A stretch of DNA of 45,622 bases from an uncultured Micavibrio sp. (GCA_964534895.1 CAZHQB010000003.1:1-45622); one strand, 5' to 3'; positions 8,451 to 18,395 are shown, counted from the stretch's first letter. Translations and numbers: made by a program. The notes: generated from the letters alone by a model not told the origin.

Positions 8451-9338
8451 ATGATAACAGCATCACAACAAAAAGAAGATTTTAATGTGCCACCTGATGA
8501 GGTGGAAAATCAATGGTGTCCTGGATGTGGAAATTTTCCTATTTTGCAGACACTTAAAAAAGCATTACAAGATTTGGACAAAAAATCACAAGAAGTTACT
8601 CTTGTCTCAGGTATTGGGCAAGCGGCTAAATTGCCACAGTATTTGAAAACTAATTATTTCAATGGGTTACATGGACGAGCTCTACCAGTTGCAACAGGTA
8701 TCAAAGCGGCAAATCCTACTCAAACTGTGATTGTAACAAGTGGAGATGGCGATGTTTATGGCGAGGGTGGAAATCACTTGATACACACAATTCGTAGAAA
8801 CCCAAATATCACAGTAATAGTTCATGATAATATGATTTATGGTTTAACGAAAGGGCAAGCTGCGCCAACAACTCAAGAGGGAATGGTGACACCTACTCAG
8901 CCAGAAGGGGTAATTGATGAACCGATAAATCCAGTAGCTCTTGCGATTTCACTGGATGCTCCTTTTGTGGCTCGTGCAAATGCTGGCGACCCAAAAGAAA
9001 CTCAAGAAATTTTGAAAGAAGCAATCAATCATAAAGGATTTTCGCTTATAGATATTTTTCAGCCTTGTGTAGTGTTTAATAAAGTAAATACTTATCAGTG
9101 GTTCAAAGAGCATACTTATTATATAGGCGATAAATACGACTATGATGTGAGTGATAGAACTAGTGCATTTGCAAAATCGCTTGAAGAAGAAAAATTTCCA
9201 CTAGGTGTAATATATGCGCACGATAGGCGTAGGACTTTTGAGGATGCTATAGGAATGTATGAGACAGATAAGCGTCCATTGTTTTTGAGAGATATGAATT
9301 GTTCGGTACGCAGTGCACTGTTGGCTTCGCAAAAATAA
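8451..9338 (+). CDS. korB: 2-oxoacid:ferredoxin oxidoreductase subunit beta (TPP-binding)
   Basis: WCPGCGN, SGIGQ, LHGRALP, TPP motif GDGD...HDNMIYGLTKGQ, QPCVVFN. Confidence 0.93.
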   Translation: MITASQQKEDFNVPPDEVENQWCPGCGNFPILQTLKKALQDLDKKSQEVTLVSGIGQAAKLPQYLKTNYFNGLHGRALPVATGIKAANPTQTVIVTSGDGDVYGEGGNHLIHTIRRNPNITVIVHDNMIYGLTKGQAAPTTQEGMVTPTQPEGVIDEPINPVALAISLDAPFVARANAGDPKETQEILKEAINHKGFSLIDIFQPCVVFNKVNTYQWFKEHTYYIGDKYDYDVSDRTSAFAKSLEEEKFPLGVIYAHDRRRTFEDAIGMYETDKRPLFLRDMNCSVRSALLASQK

Positions 9339-9365
9339 ATTTTAATATATTAATTTAAAAATTTT

Positions 9366-9467
9366 ATGTTAGATTTTTATGAAAAAAGGGGTCGAAAGAT
9401 ATTTATTGGTATAATGATTAGTTTAATTTTATTAACGACATTTGTATGGTTTGTTGATAAATTTTGA
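9366..9467 (+). CDS. Possible 33-aa single-pass membrane protein
   Basis: MLDFYEKRGRKIFIGIMISLILLTTFVWFVDKF: basic patch followed by a hydrophobic helix; below the ORF-track cutoff. Confidence 0.4.
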   Translation: MLDFYEKRGRKIFIGIMISLILLTTFVWFVDKF

Positions 9468-9612
9468 ATTTGTTCGTTACAATTAGTGATTAATGTTTAA
9501 TATTAAGTAATATTAAAATTCCTCAAAAAGTAACCTTAACTATGCAACAGTACATTTTTTGTTTTTGCTGTATAATCGTGTATAATATATATGTATTAAA
9601 TAATATATTTTT

Positions 9613-10431
9613 ATGAATAGACAGGTAAAACGTTTTACAATTGTAGGCATCTATTTTGTAATTTTTATTATATTTATTGGACTTATTACTTCTCTTGTAA
9701 TTTCAAAACCTACATGTTTTGATGGTAAACAAAACCAAAACGAAGAGGGAATTGATTGTGGAGGTCCATGTGAAGCATGTTTGAAAGAGTTGGTAGGAAA
9801 GGATTTAATTGTAAAAAGTGCATATATTGTATATGGTGAAGATGGCAAATATGATATTGTTGCAGATATTCACAATCCAAATGCATTATATGGAGGTAAG
9901 GAAGTTTATTATACTGTTGAGATTTTGGGTGGAGACGGTAGCGTTCTTGCATCACGTAATAGTAAGACATTTATTTTACCAAATGAAAATAAATATATTG
10001 TTGAAGTGGGAATGAAAACAAATCAAAAACCAACTAGTGTAAAAGTTACTATCAATAATGTTGATTGGATTAAGTTTACAAAATTTGATAGTCCTCATAT
10101 CCTTGTCAAAAATCAGCGTTTTGGTCTCGTTAAAAATGGTATGAATTATGCGGAAGCATTTGGACTTGTGTCGAATGATAGTCCGTATGATTTTCATAAT
10201 GTTGTGGTAAATGTTATTCTTGAGGACGAGAGAGGGTTGCCGGTTGCTGTAAATAAGACTGAAATGCGTACACTTGATTCTGACTCACAAAGAGAATTTC
10301 GTTTAGTATGGCCACATAAATTTCCAGGAAATATTAAATCTTCAACAATGCAAGCAGAAACAAACGTGTTTGATTCTTTAAATTTTATGAAGAAATATTT
10401 GCCGGGAGGACGATATCAAAATTTACGCTAA
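9613..10431 (+). CDS. Membrane-anchored hypothetical protein with a small Cys-rich motif and two beta-rich (Ig-like) repeats
   Basis: N-terminal TM helix, CFDGKQNQNEEGIDCGGPCEAC, two similar beta-sandwich-like halves; directly upstream of rodA. Confidence 0.7.
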   Translation: MNRQVKRFTIVGIYFVIFIIFIGLITSLVISKPTCFDGKQNQNEEGIDCGGPCEACLKELVGKDLIVKSAYIVYGEDGKYDIVADIHNPNALYGGKEVYYTVEILGGDGSVLASRNSKTFILPNENKYIVEVGMKTNQKPTSVKVTINNVDWIKFTKFDSPHILVKNQRFGLVKNGMNYAEAFGLVSNDSPYDFHNVVVNVILEDERGLPVAVNKTEMRTLDSDSQREFRLVWPHKFPGNIKSSTMQAETNVFDSLNFMKKYLPGGRYQNLR

Positions 10432-10468
10432 AAGTCAATAAAAATTTCTTTTAAATATATTTATAATT

Positions 10469-11581
10469 ATGTTACGTAAATTTTTTGAATTTGATTTTAT
10501 ATTATTTTTTACGGTCTTGTTGCTCATTGGATTTGGTGTAATAGCTCTGGGTAGTATGTTTTTGCATGGGGACAATATAAATAGTGATATTTTTATACGA
10601 CATATTGTATATGTTGTTTTAGCTATAGGTGGCTTTGTAATATTTGCAATTATTGATTATAATATTTTACAATCATATAGTACTTTTCTTTATTTCTTTT
10701 CCATTGGTTTGTTGATTTTGACATTAATTTTAGGGACTACATTGCGGGGAACATCTGGTTGGCTTGATTTAGGGTTTGCGTATTTCCAACCTGTAGAACT
10801 TATTAAGGTTTTAGTTATTATTTTTTTAGCGCATTTTATTTCGAAAAAACGAGGAGAATTGGGTGAAATGATGATGATTGTGGTATCTTTTGTTTTGACA
10901 GCTGTTATTATTTTTCTTGTATTAAAACAACCAGATTTTGGCTCGTCATTAGTAATATTTGGTATATGGTTTATAATGATATTTGTTTCAGGGATTAAAA
11001 AAAAATATTTAGTGATTTTTGTTATGGGAGGTATTATATTTTCTGTTATTGCATGGACCCTTTTTGCTCCGTATCAACGAGCTCGTATTATGGATTTTCT
11101 GCATCCCGAACTTGATCCACAAGGTAGTGGTTATAATGTAATTCAATCAATGATTGCTGTAGGTAATGGAGGAGTAATAGGACAGGGATTTGGTTATGGT
11201 TCGCAATCACAATTAAATTTTCTACCAGAGAAACACACAGATTTTATTTTTGCTACAATTGCTGAATCTGTGGGATTTATTGGTATATTGGTGTTATTTG
11301 GGTTGTTTGCCGTACTTTTTTTACGTTTTTATTTTATTGCAAATGAGTCGCGCAATGCATTTGGATATTTTTTAGTTGTTGGAATCATGGCAATGTTTCT
11401 TATTCATTTTACAGTTAATATTGGTATGAATATTGGTTTAATGCCGGTGACGGGAATTCCATTGCCACTGATTAGTTATGGAGGGAGTTCATTATTGAGT
11501 GTTATGATATCATGTGGAATAGTTATGAGTGTGTACTTGTGTAGAGAAGTAACAATGAAAAATTACATAGAATCTTATTAA
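10469..11581 (+). CDS. rodA: Rod shape-determining protein RodA (SEDS family)
   Basis: FQPVELIK, KQPDFG, GSGYNVIQSMIAVGNGG, FLPEKHTDFIFA, PVTGIPLPLISYGGSS. Confidence 0.93.
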   Translation: MLRKFFEFDFILFFTVLLLIGFGVIALGSMFLHGDNINSDIFIRHIVYVVLAIGGFVIFAIIDYNILQSYSTFLYFFSIGLLILTLILGTTLRGTSGWLDLGFAYFQPVELIKVLVIIFLAHFISKKRGELGEMMMIVVSFVLTAVIIFLVLKQPDFGSSLVIFGIWFIMIFVSGIKKKYLVIFVMGGIIFSVIAWTLFAPYQRARIMDFLHPELDPQGSGYNVIQSMIAVGNGGVIGQGFGYGSQSQLNFLPEKHTDFIFATIAESVGFIGILVLFGLFAVLFLRFYFIANESRNAFGYFLVVGIMAMFLIHFTVNIGMNIGLMPVTGIPLPLISYGGSSLLSVMISCGIVMSVYLCREVTMKNYIESY

Positions 11582-11680
11582 AAATAAATTTGGTATTTGT
11601 AAGTTGTATCATTACAATATATGACAGAATATTAGGATAGGCTTGCTTTTTTTCTTTTTTTATATTAATATATTATTTAT

Positions 11681-12007
11681 ATGGACATAGAACGAGGAGA
11701 ACAAAATCGTGTGATTCCACAAAAATGTCCGGTGTGCGGTGCACAGCGTGAGCATTTGTCGTATATGCCACTTGGTTATGATGAAAATCGAACTATTGTA
11801 CATATTTCATGTACAAAATGTGCTGGTGCTGCAATGATTTTTATGTCACAAAGTGATGGTGGTATAATGACTGTTGGAGTTCTAACTGATACAACACCGT
11901 CAGAAGCGCGAACATTTTTTCAGTCCGATGTTGTATCGGATAATGATGTTATAGAAATGCATGATTATTTAGATTCATTTAATGGATATGTGAGTGATAT
12001 GTTTTAG
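11681..12007 (+). CDS. Hypothetical protein with a Zn-ribbon-like motif
   Basis: CPVC...HISCTKC; 108 aa. Confidence 0.7.
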   Translation: MDIERGEQNRVIPQKCPVCGAQREHLSYMPLGYDENRTIVHISCTKCAGAAMIFMSQSDGGIMTVGVLTDTTPSEARTFFQSDVVSDNDVIEMHDYLDSFNGYVSDMF

Positions 12008-12159
12008 ATTATAGTTTTGAGAAAAATCTATAAATTATGAAAATTTTTTAATTTAGATTTTTTCTTTATATAGAACAATTTTTATTAATTATTTTTGTCC
12101 AAGATATTTATTGATAGACAATAATAAATTTTGGATCAAAATTACTAACTACTAAAGAT

Positions 12160-12855
12160 ATGAAAGAAATGATACTTAATGCAACAAAACGAGAAGAGAC
12201 TGGTAAAAAAATGCGAGCAATTGCTGATGCAAATATTCCGGCTGTAATATATGGTAATGATGTATCATCAAAAAGTCTATGGATTAATGCAACAGAATTT
12301 AATAGATTATTTTCTTCAGTTGGTACAAATACAGTTGTATCTTTGATGATAGATGACACTGAACCTATAAATGTATTGATATATGATTTTCAAACAGATC
12401 CTATCACAGATGATTTTTCACATATTGACTTTTATGCAGTAAACATGAAAGAAGAAGTTGAAGCAGAAATCCCACTTTCATTTGTTGGAGTATCTCCCGC
12501 AGTAAAAGAGCTGGGTGGTACACTTGTTAAAAATAATGACACACTTGTTGTCCGAGCACTTCCAGCTGACTTACCACATGAGATCGAAATTGATATTACA
12601 AAATTAGCAACATTTGAAGATGGAATCACTGTTGCAGATGTTACAGTAGGTAATAAAGTGACTATCGTACTTGAAGATGAAGCAGCAATTGCATCTGTAG
12701 CAGCTCCAAGGACAGAAGAAGAAATGGCTGAACTTAATAGTGAAATTGATGCAGATGTGTCTAAAGTTGAAGGTGTTATAGATGTAGAAAAAGAAAGAGA
12801 TGCTGAAGACGAAAAGATTAAAGATGAGTCTGAAGAAAAGACTGAAGAGAAATAG
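12160..12855 (+). CDS. rplY: 50S ribosomal protein L25 / CTC (long form)
   Basis: IPAVIYG, HIDFYAV, VGVSPAVKELGG, ALPADLPHEIEIDI, acidic tail. Confidence 0.95.
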   Translation: MKEMILNATKREETGKKMRAIADANIPAVIYGNDVSSKSLWINATEFNRLFSSVGTNTVVSLMIDDTEPINVLIYDFQTDPITDDFSHIDFYAVNMKEEVEAEIPLSFVGVSPAVKELGGTLVKNNDTLVVRALPADLPHEIEIDITKLATFEDGITVADVTVGNKVTIVLEDEAAIASVAAPRTEEEMAELNSEIDADVSKVEGVIDVEKERDAEDEKIKDESEEKTEEK

Positions 12856-12872
12856 GCGTTTAAAAGAGTTTC

Positions 12873-12904
12873 AAAAACAGATATTTTTAAGTGTCTGTTT
12901 TTTG
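12873..12904 (+). terminator. Probable intrinsic terminator after rplY
   Basis: AAAAACAGATAT-loop-GTGTCTGTTTTTT. Confidence 0.6.
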
Positions 12905-12932
12905 ATTCTAAAAAGTATGGTATTATATATAA

Positions 12933-14210
12933 ATGAAATATAATATTTACACAAAACAATTTTTCGGATTATTTGGCTTGTTTTTGTTATTTTGTATGTT
13001 TGCTGTGCAAAGTGGTTTTGTATATGCAGGGGAATCTAGTGACGAAGAAATAACAATAGAAGAAAAAGAAAAATTAAAGAAAAAACAAAATGAATATAAA
13101 GATAAAAAGAAAAAATATGAAAAAAAGGTAGAAAAAAAACAAAAAGAAAAAGCAATACTAGAAGGAAATCTTGGTGTAGTAAAACGAACATTGGGTACGA
13201 CAAAAAGAACTATTAACGAAGTGATTGAAGATATTGAAAAAAAAGAAAAAGAAATAGATAGGCGAGATGCACAAATCAATCAGTTGAATAGTCAAATGAA
13301 ACTTTATAAGGGTTCATTGGCAGATACTGTTCGGAGAGTATATTTTACATCTAATAGTCATCCCATTATGTTTGTTGTAGAAAATGATGGTGCAAATAGA
13401 TTTTTGGAAATAACAGATAATTTAGATGGTATGCGTACAAAAATTGTGGATATAGTGCATCAAACAAAAGAAGCAAAAAATTTACAAGAACAAAAGAAGG
13501 AGGAACTGAAGGAGTTAAAGTTGGAAAAGGAGAAATTATTAACAGAGCATAAAAAGACAGAATCACAATTATTATCACAAGCTTCAGCCGTTCAAGTTAA
13601 AATTATTAAGGTTGATACATCCATTGCTCAATTGAATGCAAAATTATCTGAAGTAGAATCAAGATTGTCATCTTTGCTAGGTGAGTCATTTAATACAAAT
13701 GATATTAAAAAAGCAGCAAAATTTGCGAGTAAAAAAACAGGTGTACGTAAAAGTTTTATACTTGGTATGTTGGTGGTAGAAACAAATTTGGGTAGATTTA
13801 CTGGTGGATGTACATATAAAAAAAGTAAAATGGGAGATAAGAATGCAAAAATATTTAAACGAATTACAAAAGATTTAGGATATAATTATAAAAAAAAGAA
13901 AGTGTCATGTCCACTCAGCTATGGAGTGGGTGGCGCTATGGGGGTCGCACAATTCATGCCTACAACGTGGGTTGGATATGAGTCTAAGATTTCTAGCTAT
14001 ACAGGGCATAGTCCTGCTGATCCATGGAGTTTAACTGATGGTGTGATGGCAATGGCAATCAAGCTAGCAAATGATGGAGCAACAAGTGAAAAAGGAGAAT
14101 TTACCGCAGCTAGGAGGTATTATTGTGGCTCGCGACTTGAACGTAGTACATGTATTAATTATGGGAATAAGGTATTATATTGGGCAAAAAATTATAAAGA
14201 TAGATTGTAG
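12933..14210 (+). CDS. Secreted coiled-coil protein with a C-terminal lytic murein transglycosylase (SLT-like) domain
   Basis: Signal peptide, long EnvC/CwlO-like coiled coil, then VETNLG (catalytic Glu), GGAMGVAQFMPTTW, ADPW. Confidence 0.82.
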   Translation: MKYNIYTKQFFGLFGLFLLFCMFAVQSGFVYAGESSDEEITIEEKEKLKKKQNEYKDKKKKYEKKVEKKQKEKAILEGNLGVVKRTLGTTKRTINEVIEDIEKKEKEIDRRDAQINQLNSQMKLYKGSLADTVRRVYFTSNSHPIMFVVENDGANRFLEITDNLDGMRTKIVDIVHQTKEAKNLQEQKKEELKELKLEKEKLLTEHKKTESQLLSQASAVQVKIIKVDTSIAQLNAKLSEVESRLSSLLGESFNTNDIKKAAKFASKKTGVRKSFILGMLVVETNLGRFTGGCTYKKSKMGDKNAKIFKRITKDLGYNYKKKKVSCPLSYGVGGAMGVAQFMPTTWVGYESKISSYTGHSPADPWSLTDGVMAMAIKLANDGATSEKGEFTAARRYYCGSRLERSTCINYGNKVLYWAKNYKDRL

Positions 14211-14215
14211 ATTAG

Positions 14216-14244
14216 TTGACTTTTTAGATTAGACGTGTTATAAT
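14216..14244 (+). promoter_or_regulatory. Near-consensus sigma70 promoter
   Basis: TTGACT-17 bp-TATAAT with TGn extended -10. Confidence 0.7.
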
Positions 14245-14250
14245 TAAATA

Positions 14251-14459
14251 GTAATCGGGTGAGTAATTTAAATACTCATACCGATTTTTTTGTTCTTTAC
14301 ACAATTGAATATATCAGTATAACTAAAAACAAATTTTTTTGGTTTATTTAGATGTTAAGTTCTTTACATCTTATTTCGTTATAATCATATAAATGATAAA
14401 AACGAAAATATTTTTTAAATTGTCGCTTTTCTTGTTGTTACTTGAAAAGCGATTTTTTT
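14251..14459 (+). ncRNA. Candidate structured non-coding RNA or leader
   Basis: No ORF; hairpins at about 14253-14286, 14350-14371, 14374-14407 and 14422-14453 plus T-tract, directly after a strong promoter. Confidence 0.35.
14422..14459 (+). terminator. Intrinsic terminator-like hairpin
   Basis: GTCGCTTTTC-12 nt-GAAAAGCGAT followed by a T-run. Confidence 0.55.
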
Positions 14460-14783
14460 AACTTTTTACTAATAAGTATGGAGAAATATTTGAAATAGTC
14501 AACAAATAATTTTTTACATCTAGTATAAAAATGACAACCAGAAATATAAAAAACAATCACAAAATTATAGATGCCAATATCTCTCACTTTAGCTCTCTCG
14601 TCTTGGAATGAGCATGGGCGAGATGCTATTGTTGTTATGAATATGTTGTTCACACAAGTAGTTATTATATAAATTGCAAGTATATTGACAATCATTGTTG
14701 TTGTAGGGTCTCTTTTTCTTGAAAAAAAGTGTGTTTTGGCATATACTTTACAAAGATGTTGGTGTAATTTTTTTTATATAAAT

Positions 14784-16088
14784 ATGCAATATTTTGAAAT
14801 TGATGGTGGTAAAAAACTTGGTGGTGAGATTACAGTTAATGGTTCAAAAAATGCAGCAGTTGCAATTTTAGCTGCATCAGTTATGAATCGTGGTATGACG
14901 ACGCTCAAAAATGTTCCACAAATAGAAGAAGTAAATAGATGGATAGAAATTTTAGAAAGCATAGGAATGAAAATTGAAAAAAAAGGTAAAACATTAGTAC
15001 TTATGTCTCCTAAAATGTTTACTCTTCGAAATATAGATAAAGATGCAGCAGGAAAAACTCGTAGTGCAATTATGCTTATTAGTGCGCTTAGTGGACGTCA
15101 TAGAAAATATTCTATTCCACAGACAGGAGGTTGTAAATTAGGTGAACGTACTATAAAACCACATTTGTATGCATTAGAGGGTTATGGAATAGATATAACA
15201 GTAACAAAAAAAGGGTTTAATATTTTTACAAATTTTTTAAGACCTGCTGAGAATAATGTGTTATATGAATCAGGAGATACTGTTACAGAAACTGCTATTA
15301 TGGCGGCAGCACAAATTCCAGGTAAAACTGTAATTAAAATGGCAACTTCGAATTACATGGTACAGGACCTCTGTTTTTTCTTAGAAAAACTAGGTGTTAA
15401 ATTTAAAGGTATAGGTACCACGACTTTAGAGGTTCGTGGAAAAAAGAAATTGAAAAAAAATATTACATATGAAATTAGTGAGGATCCAATTGAAGCTATG
15501 TTTTTTCTTTCCCTTGCAATTACAACTAAGAGTGAATTAATTATAAAACGGTGTCCTATTGATTTTTTAGAATTAGAACTTTTGAAACTTAAAAAAATGG
15601 GTCAAAAATTTGAAATTTTACGAAGATACAAATCATATAATAAAAAGACAGCATTAGTTGATTTAAACATGATTCCTTCTAAATTAAAAGCGCTTGAGGA
15701 TAAGATTCATGCACTTCCGTTTCCTGGATTGAATATGGATAATCTTCCATTTTTTGTACCAATTGCAATGATGGCAAATGGTAAAACATTTATTCATGAT
15801 TGGGTATATGAAAACAGAGCAGTATATTTTACTGAACTTAATCGTCTTGGTGGGAATATTACTCTTATAGATTCACATCGTTTAGAAATAGTTGGACCGA
15901 CGAAATTGCATAGTGCAGACCTGATGTCTCCACCAGCACTTAGGCCTGCTGCGATAATGTTAGTTGCAATGATTGGGGCAAAAGGTAAATCGATTTTGAG
16001 GGATGTGTATTCAATTAACCGTGGATATGAAGATCTTGAAAACAGGTTGCATAATATTGGTGTATGTATTAAATTGAATAATGAGTAA
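14784..16088 (+). CDS. murA: UDP-N-acetylglucosamine 1-carboxyvinyltransferase
   Basis: GSKNAA, GGCKLGER (active-site Cys loop), PFPGLNMD, INRGYE. Likely start is ATG 14784 (MQYFEIDGG) rather than the TTG at 14685. Confidence 0.93.
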   Translation: MQYFEIDGGKKLGGEITVNGSKNAAVAILAASVMNRGMTTLKNVPQIEEVNRWIEILESIGMKIEKKGKTLVLMSPKMFTLRNIDKDAAGKTRSAIMLISALSGRHRKYSIPQTGGCKLGERTIKPHLYALEGYGIDITVTKKGFNIFTNFLRPAENNVLYESGDTVTETAIMAAAQIPGKTVIKMATSNYMVQDLCFFLEKLGVKFKGIGTTTLEVRGKKKLKKNITYEISEDPIEAMFFLSLAITTKSELIIKRCPIDFLELELLKLKKMGQKFEILRRYKSYNKKTALVDLNMIPSKLKALEDKIHALPFPGLNMDNLPFFVPIAMMANGKTFIHDWVYENRAVYFTELNRLGGNITLIDSHRLEIVGPTKLHSADLMSPPALRPAAIMLVAMIGAKGKSILRDVYSINRGYEDLENRLHNIGVCIKLNNE

Positions 16089-16093
16089 AGTTT

Positions 16094-16288
16094 ATGAAAA
16101 AAAATTATGAAGCTATAGAAAAATTTCATAAGAGGTTTGAATTAAAGGGAACAAATAATGCAGAAATGACATCTCGACTCAATCCTATGATTGAAGAACT
16201 TGATGAATTATCTCAAGCAATTACAAAAGGTAAAATTCGTGATGATGTAATTAAAGAAAATATCGATTTATTAAATTTAGTGATATGA
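16094..16288 (+). CDS. Short MazG-like (all-alpha NTP pyrophosphohydrolase) protein, possibly truncated
   Basis: EELDELSQAITKG...KENIDLL resembles the EExxE...ExxD motif; ends abruptly, overlapping the mreB start (ATGA). Confidence 0.5.
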   Translation: MKKNYEAIEKFHKRFELKGTNNAEMTSRLNPMIEELDELSQAITKGKIRDDVIKENIDLLNLVI

Positions 16289-17295
16289 TTATACGTAAAA
16301 TTGGAATCGATTTAGGAACTGCAAATACTCTTGTTTTTGTGCCAAGAAAAGGTGTAGTTGTAGATGAACCATCTGTTGTTGCTGTTTCAATGGTGGAAAA
16401 TAAAGTATTAGCTGTAGGTGATGAAGCAAAAGAAATGTTAGGGCGTACCCCTGATACTATAACGGCATATAAGCCTCTCAGAGATGGAGTGATTGCCGAT
16501 TATCGTGTTACTGAAGCAATGCTTAAATATTTTATAAGAAAAGTAACTGGGAGAGTGTTTCTTTTTCGTCCTGAAGTAATGATATCAATCCCAGCAGGAA
16601 TCACTTCCACAGAACGTCGTGCAGTTGTGGATGCTGCAGAAAAAGCAGGAGCAAGGAAGGTGTATGTTGTCAAAGAACCAATCCTTGCTATGATTGGAGC
16701 AGGAATTAAAATTAATGGAGCACAAGGAAATATGATAATTAATATTGGGGGTGGCACAAGCGAGATAGCAGTTATATCTCTAGGTGGAGTTGTGTCATCG
16801 TATAGTGCTCGCGTTGGAGGTAATAAATTTGATCAAGCAATTGCGGATTATATTAAACGTAAATATTCTTTGGCAATTGGTGAACGGATGGCAGAAAAAA
16901 TAAAGATTAAAATTGGGAGTGCAATTGTACAGATAAAGGAAAGCAGAATGGATATTCGTGGACGAGATCTTATGGGAGGATTACCGAAAACTATAACCAT
17001 ATCATCAAATGAAGTAACGGAGGCATTGCAGGATGAACTTAGGGAGGTGATTAACTCAGTGAAGAAAGTTTTACAAGATACTCCACCAGAACTTTCAGCA
17101 GATATTATGGACAAAGGCACAATTCTCTCTGGTGGTGGTGCATTGTTGAGAAATTTAGATCAGCTTATTACGAAAACAATTGGTGTGCCGTGTTATGTTG
17201 CTGATGATCCGCTCAGATGTGTGGTTCGTGGCTCTGGAAAAGTTTTGGATAATCTAGATATTTATAAAAAAACAATTTTAGCAACTAAGAAATGA
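16285..17295 (+). CDS. mreB: Rod shape-determining protein MreB/Mbl
   Basis: GIDLGTANTL, EPSVVA, PLRDGVIADY, IGGGTSE, LSGGGALL. Confidence 0.95.
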   Translation: MIIRKIGIDLGTANTLVFVPRKGVVVDEPSVVAVSMVENKVLAVGDEAKEMLGRTPDTITAYKPLRDGVIADYRVTEAMLKYFIRKVTGRVFLFRPEVMISIPAGITSTERRAVVDAAEKAGARKVYVVKEPILAMIGAGIKINGAQGNMIINIGGGTSEIAVISLGGVVSSYSARVGGNKFDQAIADYIKRKYSLAIGERMAEKIKIKIGSAIVQIKESRMDIRGRDLMGGLPKTITISSNEVTEALQDELREVINSVKKVLQDTPPELSADIMDKGTILSGGGALLRNLDQLITKTIGVPCYVADDPLRCVVRGSGKVLDNLDIYKKTILATKK

Positions 17296-18395
17296 AAATA
17301 GCAATAGACGCGTCGCGTGCATTTTTGCATGAACGTACTGGAATTGAAGAATATTCATATCAGTTAATTAGGCATTTGCGTAAACCGCTCGCCAAGCAAT
17401 TTGTAACTTTGTATTTGCGTAGAGGAACAGGAGGAAATATTGATTTTGAATTACCAAAATCATGGGTTGTACGTGAGTTGTGGGCACCGCGATTTTGGAC
17501 ATACTGGCGTTTATCATGTGCACTTTTTTTTGATAAACCAGAAAAATTATTAGTACCCGGTCATGTTGTGCCTCCGATTCATCCAAAGGCAACCACATCT
17601 ATCATACATGGACTCGAATTTGAGTTACAACCAAAATCGTATTCGGTATATGAGAAATTCTCTATGAGAATAGGGATAAAAAATTCGTGCAAGTGGTCAA
17701 AAAATATAATTTGTGTGTCAAATAATACAAAACTGGATTTGATTAATTTATATAACGTACCAAAAGAAAAAATTCGTGTTGTGTATGAGGGTGTAAATCA
17801 AGCTTCTAAAGAAAATGTTGAGTTTGATATGAAAATATTGCATAAATATAATATACAAAAGCAAAAGTATTTGATATTTATAGGACGATTGGAGGAACGT
17901 AAAAATATTTCAAATATTATAAATGCATATGAAATATTAAGAAGACACTTTGGAATAACAGAAAAATTAGTGTTAGTAGGTAAGGGTGGATATGGATGGA
18001 ATAAAATTGCTAGTGAAATCGATATGCACCCATTTCGTAAAGATATAATAGTGACAGGTTTTGTTTCTGAAAATATTAAGTGGGCACTTTTTAGAAATGC
18101 TTCTGTGTTTGTATTTCCAACTCTTTATGAAGGATTTGGTTTGCCAGTGCTCGAAGCACAACAGTTAGGCATACCAGTAGTCACATCAAATAATTCTTCA
18201 TTAAAAGAAATTGCCAAAACGAGTGCATTTTTAGTAGATCCAATAATAGCATCGGATATAGCAGAAAAAATAAATTTGTTATTAACAAATAAAAAAGCAA
18301 GACATGATGCAATTACGCGAGGTTTAAAAAATATAGAAAGATTTAATTGGGATAGATGTGCACGACTTGTGGCTAAAGTTCTAATTAAATTTTAA
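17292..18395 (+). CDS. Glycosyltransferase family 4 (GT-B)
   Basis: RTGIEEY, GRLEERKN, FPTLYEGFGLPVLEA. Confidence 0.9.
   Translation: MKIAIDASRAFLHERTGIEEYSYQLIRHLRKPLAKQFVTLYLRRGTGGNIDFELPKSWVVRELWAPRFWTYWRLSCALFFDKPEKLLVPGHVVPPIHPKATTSIIHGLEFELQPKSYSVYEKFSMRIGIKNSCKWSKNIICVSNNTKLDLINLYNVPKEKIRVVYEGVNQASKENVEFDMKILHKYNIQKQKYLIFIGRLEERKNISNIINAYEILRRHFGITEKLVLVGKGGYGWNKIASEIDMHPFRKDIIVTGFVSENIKWALFRNASVFVFPTLYEGFGLPVLEAQQLGIPVVTSNNSSLKEIAKTSAFLVDPIIASDIAEKINLLLTNKKARHDAITRGLKNIERFNWDRCARLVAKVLIKF

Noticed and set aside
9496-9517. Perfect inverted repeat TTTAATATTA-AG-TAATATTAAA
   Set aside because: The arms are A/T only; expected by chance in such AT-rich intergenic DNA.
12432-12959. Long antisense ORFs (also 25035-25697, 6239-6703, 27780-28244, 30593-30994)
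   Set aside because: They are shadows of well-supported sense genes, with Ser/Phe/Ile-rich composition mirroring Glu/Lys/Asp codons.
14438-14695. 85-aa minus-strand ORF, and a stop-interrupted hydrophobic plus-strand frame in the same region
   Set aside because: No recognisable motifs; the plus frame only vaguely resembles a decayed membrane protein and cannot be supported.
14685-14783. N-terminal extension of MurA given in the ORF track
   Set aside because: MurA similarity begins at ATG 14784; the upstream TTG-started segment looks non-coding.
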